Shown: positions 13,786-24,722 of the stretch, piece after piece
How positions within the stretch are numbered: position 1 is the first letter of the stretch
Layout: each line of letters begins with the position of its first letter
Origin: Asterias rubens
Lineage: Eukaryota
Length of the DNA stretch: 64,000 nt
Direction of reading: 5' to 3'
Assembly: GCF_902459465.1 (NCBI RefSeq)
Contig: NC_047082.1
Location: forward strand, 620,001 to 684,000
The notes under the pieces: model-generated
Databases searched by the model: none
What the model saw: the letters and a program-made list of their open reading frames with translations, nothing else
What the model was told of the DNA's origin: nothing
Program-made: the position numbers and the translations under genes

Positions 13786-14251
13786 TAGTCTTAGCACAAG
13801 ACGGAACTGCTCCATGTTGGATAGTGTACTAGCTACGCTTAGTTGTAAATTGCTAAAGCGCACCCTCTTAATACGGAATGATTTAATGGTGAGCTTGAAA
13901 TCTAGACTATACTGGGTTGCTCGCATTGCTCCATTACACTGACAGTATAATGGAGTTCAATGGTTTCTCGGCAGTATAGTCTAGATTTCAAGCTCGCCAG
14001 TAAATTATACCGTAAGAGGGCGCGCTATTAGCGATTTACATAGACCTTATCGCAAATACCAATGCGCAAGCGCAGACTGTTGAATGAGGTGCATTGTGGG
14101 ATATATATGGATCAAATTTGGATACCAGCTAGACCACAATGCACCTAATTCCAAGCTTTACGCGCGCGCCCCTGTATTTGCGAAAAGGTCTATGTGAGCG
14201 TAAGCTAGTGCACTATCCAATATCGAGCACTTTCGTCTTGGGCCAAGACTA
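13786..14251. mobile_element. Foldback/MITE with long inverted arms, interrupted by a second MITE
   Basis: Arms 13786-13838 / 14198-14251 and 13844-13914 / 13972-14040 are reverse complements; the inner 24 bp match perfectly. Confidence 0.75.
14041..14192. mobile_element. TAGACC-terminal MITE nested in the foldback element
   Basis: TAGACCTTATCGCAAATAC ... GTATTTGCGAAAAGGTCTA, with internal IR AGGTGCATTGTGG/CCACAATGCACCT. Confidence 0.75.
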
Positions 14252-14337
14252 AAAATCATCACACGCAGTGCATGGGAGTTTACATAGACTGGCTGTGCGC
14301 CCTGTGCGCTAACGCAATATGAGCGTGGGAGAATCTC

Positions 14338-14862
14338 GAGTCTGTTGCCAGACTTATGTCCTCTGTCATATAAGCTATAATTTAAAGCCAAATCTAAACA
14401 AAATACAATTATTTAAAGAAATTAAACGAACATTTTATAAATTTTAAAGATTTTGTACAATAACTTTTGTCAGAAATTGTAATAATAGTGAAAAATATTG
14501 TATTTAAAAAAGTTTTATGTTTTTGAAGCAGACGTGAGTTTCTTATTTTTGCAGACGACATGGTTTTTAAAACAAAAGTCGAAGACTGGTCAACACACTT
14601 GTGCGCAAAGGCAAAATGGATTTTGAGTCTGTTGCCAGACTTGTGTCCTTGGTCAAATAAGCTATTACTTGAGAGCCAAATCTATACAAAATAAAACTAT
14701 TTTTTAGAAATTAAAGTAACATTTTAATAATTTTAGAACAATTTATACATTAATTTTGATCAGAATTTTTAATAAAAGTGAAAAGAATGGTGTTTAAAAA
14801 AGTTTTAGATTTTTGATGTAGACGTACAGTGGAGAGGGGTTTTTTACTTTTTGCAGACGACA
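14338..14862. repeat. Diverged tandem duplication (~287-bp period, 2 copies)
   Basis: Both units start GAGTCTGTTGCCAGACTT (14338, 14625) and end TTTTTGCAGACGACA. Confidence 0.8.
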
Positions 14863-15406
14863 TTCAAGACAAACGTCGGCTCGAAGACTTGCTCACCACT
14901 CAAGAACTCAGCGAGAAGACTTCTTCAAAAAATCAAAGTAAGTTTTCAAAACACAATATTTATTAATCAAAGTTGAAGTTAGAGTGACTTGTAATTGTAT
15001 TGTATTAGAAGCGACATGGACGAAAAATCAAATCCAACTTCAAAATAAATAAAAGAAGTCCAACACCAACAATATTATCATATATCACTATATAATATAG
15101 ATCAGACATGACCATCCATGTTGTTGCAAAACATGACCAACCATTACTTTTAACCAAAAGCAAGTTTGTTTGTTTGGGGGGGGGGGGTTGTATAAAAGCG
15201 AGGCATAAAAGTTCAAACTTCAAAGAGTGTCCATTTCATGTTGTCTGCTCAGCAAACAATACGTTAATTAAACATGCTTTAAAAAACGTTAAACATGCTT
15301 TGATAGTTTAATAGATTAGTTATAAATTTTTAAATAAAATAAATTAGAACTTAGATTAGAATTTTAGAAGCAGTGACTGCCCAGCTGTCAGGCTGTCCAT
15401 TAATTA

Positions 15407-15597
15407 ATAAGGTTTATCGCGATTCAGAGCCGCAATGCTTTGTTGGAAGGCATATGGGACAGTTTGCTATACCGTACGATGTACATGATGATGTATGTTG
15501 TCATGCACGACTTGCGCACGCTTCGCCTATATCTTTTTGTTGGTTCAACTTCAACAGCGCCTTCTTTTGATATTTTGCTATTGGCGATAAACCTTAT
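15407..15597. mobile_element. MITE with 14-bp perfect TIR ATAAGGTTTATCGC
   Basis: TIRs at 15407-15420 and 15584-15597. Its right half is similar to 12375-12475 in the opposite orientation. Confidence 0.7.
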
Positions 15598-16881
15598 CAA
15601 TGTGATGTCATGGCTGTCCCCTGGTCCCTGGACCTTGCTTCTTCTGACATGACAAGTTGCAAAAATAATATTAAAATATTATTATTAGGCCTAGGCCTAA
15701 ATATAATGTGTAATAAAGAAGAAACGGCTACGACTCGAGTTTTAGTTTTTACTAACCTGCTAAACATGCTAAATCTGTTCTTTTTCTTATTTAATCTCAA
15801 ATCAGCTAATTAAATAATCAAATAATGATTTAAAATTGACAAATTCATAACATAAACTTAATAATTCGTTTAGTTATTTGGCCTACATTTTCAATGAGTC
15901 AGGCTGTGAATTACTTACAATTTTTGTGGTGTGTCATGCATGGTTATTTTTAGAAATGGAAAGGGAGAAAGTGTTTGTAAGCAGAAACTAAACAAAGGTG
16001 TTCAAACCCATTGTCTCACCCCACCCTTTCAATTCTTTCAGTTCATAAACTGTTGAAATCCTTGAGATTACAGTCTTTCGTTTCAAAAGATCGGCCGCCA
16101 TTTACTGAATACATTGGTACTGTATTCACGGCATGCATGCACCGTCATATGTTTTCGATCCTTCCAATGAGAGGCAGTTTTTTCTCAACTTAAGACAGAC
16201 GAACGACGTGCAAATTGTCTCAAAAAGGTAGAAGTTTAATGTCTGTAATGATGTATGAATAAATTTCTAATTATTTTTTCAGAATATCTGTATTAAATCC
16301 TTTCCTCTCTTATGGTTGGTGGATCAAAAATACATGTCAATTGAAAAAAAAAAAAGACAGTTCACAAAGTATATCAAAACATAAGTTAAACAGATTCTAG
16401 GCCTAAGCTTAATTTTGAACTTGATACATTTTTAAAATGTAAATTTTTGCTAGTGTCATCCCTTCCTATCTTTGTATATTGCTACTGTTAGTGTGACTTA
16501 TATGCCTATATAGGCTCTAAGTTTATCTTATTACTTGAGGTAACATTGGGAATTGCATTAATGTTTTATTTAGCTTCATTTACTTGCTTTTTTGTTTTTG
16601 TTGGCTTTCTTGTTGGTTGTTTTTTTATGTTGTTGGTTTTATTGAGTATTTTTTTTTTTTTTAAGAAGACAGTCAACATTAATATCAAAACACTTCTACT
16701 ACATTACAGTTAATACATAAAACAGATTCTATGCCTAAGCTTAAATCTGAACTTGATACTCTTTGAGGCTTATATATGCTTCCTTTGGGTCTTAACCTCT
16801 ACTTACTTATTCTTACTTTTATTTCAGGAATTTACTTATAGAAACTACCAAGCAGCAGGCACTACAAAATCAAGAAAAAGG

Positions 16882-19800
16882 ATGGATTGGAATCTTGACA
16901 CTTACACCTTCATAAAGAGCACACAAAGAAGTTCTATAGAAGAAGAAGTGTGTCTTGCAGTAACGGATATGCTTGCAGAGCTGTTCCAGACAGCATCTGA
17001 TGCCGCCATTAATTGTAAATTTGAACAGAATTTCTTGAGCAATGAGGCTCCCTGTGCTAAAAGGGAACAGATTTTGGCTTCAGTCAGGGAACTTATCGAT
17101 GAGTTATTCATAAAAGCATCTCGTAATTATGATTGGGATCTGGCACCCAAATGTTCATCAGAAGAACACAAGAGCAGAGATGTAAACAAGAACTGCACCC
17201 CAACACCTATGACCGCTTTTATAGACAATAATGAAGAGGGACTTGCTGATACAAAAAGATCAGAAATATCCAAGGAATGTCAAACAGCGACATCAGCAGC
17301 AGAGACTCCCAGAGATATCAGCGATATTGAAGACATCATACCAGAACATCCACTATATGAAAGTGAATTATCAGATGGTCAAATCCCAGATCAAAATTTG
17401 ATCATAATCAATGAAAAGTCTTGTTCTGACTTGCAAGAAAGTGAATCTCAACATAACACCAAATGTGATATTTCCAAGATAAGAGAGGATATGCAAAAAG
17501 AATATTTTGTGTATCTTCAAGATTCGGTTGATTCAGAAAAAATAAGTCAGACAGCAACTGACCAAGAAGAGGCTCAAAAAGACAATAGTGATGAAGTTCT
17601 GCAGGGAGGCAACAAGTCTCCTATACACGTGCCATTTTTATCTCTCAGAGATGAAGAACTAGAGGTTCCACCATGCAAGATAGCAAAACTTGATGAACAC
17701 CCATTTGGATACAGCGCTGACTTTGAATTAAACCTCTTAAATGGCGTCAAGATGTTGTTAATGCAAACTGTAGACTGTGTTAGTGAAAGTAATGAGGAAA
17801 TCCCAGTTTGCTTGGAAGACATCACCCCATCTCAAGTCAAGACCCATGAATCATCTGATGAAGATCTATTGGTTTCTGTTGAGAGTAAGACTCACACTTC
17901 CCTGTCAGCAGAGAGTGTTGATGTTACACTAAAGCAAACACTTATCACAGGTGAGGACACAAGGACGCCACAGCCCACGCTTCAAGGATGTGATTGTGAT
18001 AACAACGACACGATAAACTCAAACCATGATGATGTCAGGGATCTCAAGACACTGGAGAAGATTACAAAAGATGATGTGGGGCAATATTTGCACCTCCTTG
18101 AGAACAAAGAAGGTGTTAAGCTGCCATCGGGGGAGTGTCACACTCTCAGAAATTCAGATGTGGAGTTTGATGTATCATCTCTTCACATAGATGATAGCAT
18201 CTCTTCAAAACCATCCGACGAGAAGTGTGAATGTGATGTTACAGATGAAGTGAGGGATCACCAAGAGAAGATTACACATGATGATCTGGGGCAAGATTTG
18301 CAGCTTCTTAAAAAGCCACACGAAGATAAGCTGCCATCAGGCAAATGTCACACATTGGAAGATGAAGATATGGAGGAACATGCATCATCTTCCAAGGCTA
18401 TCATCTCATCAGAACAACAAGATGAAGACAAATATACATCTGATGTTGCAGATAGCAACCAAGAGAAAAAAATTGAAAAGGTCAATAGAAGAAATGAACA
18501 AGAGGCAACTGAAATACAAGAGGACTTAATGCAAAGTTTAAATGCTCATACTGGGGAAGATAGAGGTAACGATACTGACACACAAACCATCAATGATCAG
18601 ATGGTACCAAGCTTTCAGAGGGAGGAGGATTCTTGTTACCATGGAGATGACGAATTGTATGCAAATGATGAAGGTAAGTTGTGATTATTACTTATTGAAG
18701 AAGTTTACACCTGTTTCCATGATAGGTGTGCACATGAATGATGACATTTTACATTGCCTTGTTTGGTTTTTACTTGTATTTTTTTTAGTTTATAAAAAAA
18801 CAATCAGTGTGTTATTTGCATTAACATTATTTTACATATGAACATGTAGTAACTGCACATGGACATGGCCTTATGTAGGATGCATGGATATTTGTAAAAA
18901 CGATCTACAGTTTTTTCCCCGGATCATTAGCCTTTAAACAAATTAGCTTCACATTTTGCATACAAAGATGAACAAAGACTGCCATCTTAAAGTGTGAAAT
19001 ATTGATGGATTATAAGCTAGTTTGTGTAAAGCCAACACAGAAATGCAAGGCAGATTTGATGGCTAAATTTTTACTATACTAAATATTTGTAAAAACAACA
19101 TTGTAAAAATCTTCTTATTATTTTACTGTTTAACTTTTATTTGATCAATGTATATACTGTGACCCATGAGAGACTCCTGGTTACCATTGAATGGGTCACC
19201 CAGTTGGAATCATGAATAAATAAATACAGATAAACTACAGATAATTATTTTGAAATGCTTTCTTTATATCTCAGAACCAAAAGATGTGAAGAGGAGGAGA
19301 CTTGGCAATGACACCAAAGAGATTACTCCACAAACAAGCCCTGATCTCAGAGAATTAAAGGATCTACAGTTGACCAGTGAGGGAGCAGGGCTTGTACCCG
19401 AGTACAGCACTGCAGACAGATCGAATATGGGTAAGTAGATGACAAACCCTTTTAGAGATAAGATTTTAAGGGGTAAAGTGATACCTTGAAGAATGAATCC
19501 CAGTAAAAGCACTCGCAAGCTTTGTGGCAATTACCTTTGCTTTCAACACTCTCAGAGCAATATATTTACACTGTTCCTTAAGAAGGATTGATGAATATTT
19601 CAAGATGTGCCAAACTTATTCCTGTTATTCATAAGTAGGTCCTTGACTGCCAATGCTAGAAGGTCTGGTCAGGGCTTGAATTTCAGGGGAAGAAAATCCA
19701 CTTGATCTCAAGTAGAGTGTATGAACATGTACCTCTGGACTTTCAGTTGATGAGCCATTAACAAAAAGTTTAGAATGTACATTTCAGTGGAATTTTTTGC

Positions 19801-20924
19801 TTTTAAATAGAAACATCTGCGATTAATCATTCAATTATGAAATGTCATGTTGAAACCGAAACCTGCTTGATTGATTGGTGAGTTTTATGTCATGGCAATT
19901 AAATCAAAGCAACTTCTCAGCAGCTGAGCCGATTTCCTCTTTTTCTTGAGTTTTTGTGCTATTGAAGATCATGACAAAAACCACTGTGCCGTTTTTGTGT
20001 CAAAGGCAGTTTCCTCTTTTGGGGGGTAATTACACATTGCATTTCTGATATAAGATATATATATGAGCATTATGGGTGTGGACAATATTGTGTGAAATTG
20101 AGATATTTTTTGATACAAACAGTTGTAAGTTTATTCCCTAATATTTTCATTTCAAATTCAATAATTATTTTACTTTACCAGTTCCTGACTTGCTTTGGCT
20201 ATAATTGTACTTAATGTGTTTATTATTCTCTGTTTTTCACCAATATGGAAATGGTCATCGATTGAATTGAATTTAAATTGAATGTATATGGCTCTCTGTT
20301 CAGTTTCAGAGAGTGTCTCTCCACGAGCGACTGGCAGTGTGGTTCAGGTTGTTCCACAGAATAGCAGCACTGGAATGTTCCACTGGAGGCAAGACATAAC
20401 TTTCCAGAGTCAACTCAATAAAACAGGTGACAGTACAAAACCCAATTGTAAGTTTATTCACATAGCAAAATCTGTTACCTTGTTAAAAAAAAATCTCAGC
20501 ATTTTTGTTGGGAGTGAACAACATGCAACTGCTGTTGGCCAAACTTAATTAAATAAATAAACAGGCCTCATACTTCACTGAGGCAATGAAGGCGATTGCC
20601 TCGTTGCCCCCTGGTCACTGCCTTGGTGCCCTTGCAATGCTCCGATTGAAATTTACACCTCTTAGGGTGCCCATGAAAATGCCTTAGTGTCCTTGCCCTT
20701 TCATGACACAGATAATGATCAGTTTTGTGTTACTTTTTTAAAACACAGATCCACAAGGAGCAACAGTAGGCCCATCCCAGCAGAGACCACAACCCTTGCC
20801 TTCATGCAATCGGAAGAGAAGAGTTGGCCTCTCAAGGAGGCAGAGATTAAGCCATCTTCATAGTGTGAGCCGCCCTCCTTGTCATCAAGTAAAGATGGAG
20901 CCATCTAAGAAGCATGAAGACTGA
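16882..20924 (+). CDS. ~748-aa acidic low-complexity protein with C-terminal RAD51-interacting-like motif (RAD51AP1/RAD51AP2-like)
   Basis: Exons 16882-18673 (acceptor at 16827; further upstream coding exons possible), 19275-19430, 20304(or 20310)-20426 and 20749-20924. All are GT-AG and phase-1 compatible, totalling 2247 nt. The last exon encodes RKRRVGLSRRQRLSHLH. Confidence 0.7.
20562..20705 (+). mobile_element. CAGGCC-family MITE in last intron of the RAD51AP-like gene
   Basis: Similar to 733-908. Confidence 0.65.
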
Positions 20925-21202
20925 CTTGGAACTAAGAACAATTACAAGCAGAGTTAATTGTGAAACCAGTGATGTTCTCTGAGTCATCAGCAGGATCATC
21001 CAATATAATACTCCAAGAGGACCACAGAGTAGTGAAGTTTATAAATCGTTGTTTGTGTTTTCTCCTTTGCATTATGTTCAGATTAATAGGTAAAGATGTG
21101 CAAAAGTTATAAAAGTTCCTAAATTAAAGATGCATCCTTCTAAAGAAGCATGAATAGTAACTTGAGGACTCAGTGGTCAGACTCTACTTAATTTGTGAAA
21201 CC

Positions 21203-21331
21203 TGTGCCCAATTTCATAAAGCCTGTTAGCACAAAAACTGTTTAAGCAAAAACTGTTTATGGCTCAATTTTTGCTTAGCAAAAACAATTCCAAGCAGTGG
21301 TTTCTGGGTAACAGTTTTATGAATTTGGGCC
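21203..21331. mobile_element. Small MITE (GCCCAATTTCATAAAG-type TIR) in the 3' UTR region
   Basis: GTGCCCAATTTCATAAAGC ... GTTTTATGAATTTGGGCCC. Confidence 0.55.
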
Positions 21332-23837
21332 CCTTTATGTTATCCATGTCACCCACTGGATCTATTATGAAATTCCATGAGGGCTACAGAGCATTTAAAT
21401 CAAACAAACTTAACTTTGTCCTTTGCATTATGTTCAGATATGCAAAGATGTGCGTACATTATAGAGGTATAAAAGTCACTAAATACAGTGTTTGTTTGGT
21501 GTTTGTTTAAGTTGGCTTTGTATAATTATAAAGCAGATAATATGTTAATAACCTTTTACATTGTTTTTAAATTTGTATTTTTAATGCTAAAATTAATAAA
21601 AAATAAAATACAAGTGTGTGTATAGGGCCTGAATAAGCCATTCGAAGGGAACATGTTCAAAACTCTTATTTCATAAGAGAAAAAGAATCAATAATTTCAT
21701 GTGTTCGCTTTTTCAATTATTACTCTTTCAACTTGTCACAAAATAAGTAATATAAAAAGTGGAGATTTCCCTTTTGTTTACCCTGGATTCATCCAAGCAT
21801 AATCAGGGATAAGAACTTTCAGACTTTGTAAAGTCTGGTAAACAAATCCAGATCAAATAAGTCTTGATCTTTGATCTACTTCTCTAGCACTGGGATACTG
21901 TTCCCAAGAGCTCATTGGAATAATATAACTCCATCCCAGGGGCTATCAAAAGGTGCAAATATCCCCTTTCAAATTGCCTCCTCCTAAAGTTATGTTCTAA
22001 CTTTCAAACTTTTTTTGTCAACAATGACTCTCGCCCTTGCATGATGTAACCTGATTATATCCCCCAAAAACTTAGAACAGGAAATGTTTGGGCTCATCTT
22101 GTTTAATTGTTTTTTGTTCACACCAGACTGATTTGTTTTTGTTGGATAAATCTGAACAGGAAAGACATGTTCAAAACGGAAAGGAATTGTTTTTATTGTA
22201 TAAAGTGAATAATATAAGTGTTTTTGTTACCAGTATTTATCAAGAACAAGTTTCCCTAAAACAAGGAACAGTTGTGACACAGTTATTACATTTTGTGCTA
22301 TTTATTGTTGTGTTTTAAAATGTTTGTTTTACAAATTAAAACATTCAAAATTAATTTAATATTTTAACTGTAAATAAAAGAAGTGTCCTTGTCATTTAAG
22401 TTATAAAATAAAAGTGTTTTAAAAGTTAGAATTGTTCATTCTCTGAAAATTGTATAGTGTTTTTTCTCTCTCCACCCGTATCACTTTTTGACTTTTCGAG
22501 TGAATGGTATGTCTGAAAGGTTTTTGCATAACCTTTAATATGAGTCTGGGCGGTTTTTGTAATGTTTTGTAAAAATCTGAATTGGAAAATGGTAGTTACA
22601 ATCTCTCAAAACTCGGAGCCAGCAATGAAATTACTTTTGATTGTTTATGTTTAAGTCTATGCAAATGAAATGCTAAGAATCCAAAGTTTCGGGAACTTGA
22701 AGAAACTACACTTTGTTGCCACATGTGCAGACCATAAATCGCTTTTCTTTTATGGTCAGGGTAGAGATTGTTCGGACTTGAATCCAGACTTTGTGACACG
22801 TCTACCCGTGAACAAGACTTAAATTTTTCTCCAAGTTAAATAAGTCATGGTCTTTGATCTATTGTGCATTATTTTTGACCTATACCACCGCGGGCCCACA
22901 CTGATGGTGCGCCTTGAAAAAGTTCCAAGAGAACTATTGATTTTTCTATACTTCAATACACTTTTCCAATAGACAACTCCTCTCGTGTGTTCCTCCTCTA
23001 TTCACTGACCCATGATTGACCGTACCCGACCCGTCTTGTCCAACCCTTACATCTTTGTATGGATGTGCAGTATACTGTTAATAATGAAAAGCAATATCGC
23101 CGCTTGTCTGGGCTTACAGTCCCAATAAGAGCAAAACATCGTTTTTGTAATGAAATATTCATCGCCCGCGGATCTGTTTCACTAAACAGACGACATACAA
23201 GTACTTAGCAACGCCTGCTCAATATTGATAATTTATTCATGTCTAAAGGCATGCAGACTGTGTTAGGAGACTGTTTTATGAATAAATTATCAGAGAACAT
23301 ACTTCCATTTCAGTTTCGTCTTCGTTATTCTTCAGTGTGGACATGTTTTATTCATGTTTCAGCAAGTGGTGACAGAAGGCTGTAATCGAAAAACGTTATG
23401 AACGATTTTTAAAAGTGAAATCATAAAATTTAAAACATTTTAAAATAAAAGCCCAATGAAACGAAAGTTTGTGTATTAGAGGCTAGGCTACCCTAAATCA
23501 TAAACTCGTGTCATCATAAATATTATTGTGTAGCTCTCAATTATTGAAGTACGTATAGTCAACAGAGGGCGGTCGTCTCATTCACAAACGCACACTCTCT
23601 GTACGTGTTCATCACCATACATAACAGCAACGTGTCAATCGTATACTACTAACAACTATGTGCGACGTGTGAACTTGTGAAGTTTTGCGATTTAAATAAC
23701 TAAGTTGTCAATAATTTAAGGTTCTTTCTCCAATCAAAGGAGTTCATGGATTGTGGACGGAATTCTTTGCCCCTCAAAATGTTATTCAACTTTTTACATT
23801 AAGTTTTTTTTTAAACAAAATCGTCATGGCAAGTCAG

Positions 23838-24722
23838 TCACGATGCGTTACTTGTCTTATCATTAACAAATGGCGTAATTGGTGTATTTGTAATCTCCTT
23901 GGGAGGAGACGCTTCATTTTCCGCGAGTCTTTCTTTCTTCTTGTTGACTTTCCTCAGTCTAAAATTCATATCAGCCGAAATGTACGGACTCCGTCCATTT
24001 TCGGCGTAGAGCCACTTGACGATGTACCGTTCTCTGACGCTCGGTGTCGGCGTTTGAATCTCAGGGAGCTTGAACTCAGCCGTGGACTTCGTCGGCGACT
24101 CTGTCATCTGCGCTCTGTGCATATCCCTCTGCTGCTGCTGGAATCTTCTCACATCATCATCGCAAAGAATGTGTTGGTATAACGGTGCCCCGATGGCGCC
24201 AGCGGGCTCCGTATGAGGTCGCCTGCGCCTCACCGACGGACGATGAGCTCTGGGAGTCTCGCTAGTGAGAAACTTATGCTTGGCAAAGAGTTGGCACTGA
24301 TTCGCACTTAGCTCAGGAAAGATGGGTAGCTCTCTGCTGTTTTTAGACGGCTTGTAGACCTGCATCACGGGTGGGAAGCTCGCCCTACTCGACGTATACC
24401 TTCTGGACTGGCGATACAAGATGGCTGCGGAGTTTGCATGTGAGCGATGCCACATATTGTTCTGAGCGGGTGTTTTGGATGCACCTGGTTGGTAAGGAGG
24501 ATCTCGGGCTGACTGTGCAGCAACCATGGCTTGTCTTGACATCTCCCGCATCCCTGAGATCCTAAGATCTCTCATCAGGTCTTCAGTGATGACGATGCGG
24601 TTACGGATGTCGTCAAATTTGAGTCCATGATCGATTCGTTGGGAGAGGTCTATCAAGGCTGCCATGGTAGACGGGCTGACCAGATCTTGATCCAGTGATA
24701 GTTCACGCATACGTTTCAACAT
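23838..24722 (-). CDS. Uncharacterised 294-aa basic protein, single coding exon
   Basis: 885-nt open frame, GC-richer than its flanks. An AG acceptor (TTTAGACAG) lies immediately before the ATG. No family recognised. Confidence 0.65.
   Translation of the reverse strand: MLKRMRELSLDQDLVSPSTMAALIDLSQRIDHGLKFDDIRNRIVITEDLMRDLRISGMREMSRQAMVAAQSARDPPYQPGASKTPAQNNMWHRSHANSAAILYRQSRRYTSSRASFPPVMQVYKPSKNSRELPIFPELSANQCQLFAKHKFLTSETPRAHRPSVRRRRPHTEPAGAIGAPLYQHILCDDDVRRFQQQQRDMHRAQMTESPTKSTAEFKLPEIQTPTPSVRERYIVKWLYAENGRSPYISADMNFRLRKVNKKKERLAENEASPPKEITNTPITPFVNDKTSNAS

Noticed and set aside
16753-16827. TTG start of the 643-aa ORF
   Set aside because: This stretch is a pyrimidine-rich intron ending in TTTCAG at 16827; it is open by chance.
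23751-24182. Antisense 143-aa ORF (also 28980-29546 and the short ORFs opposite the Ig gene)
   Set aside because: Shadow ORFs opposite GC-richer real CDSs, with no independent support.
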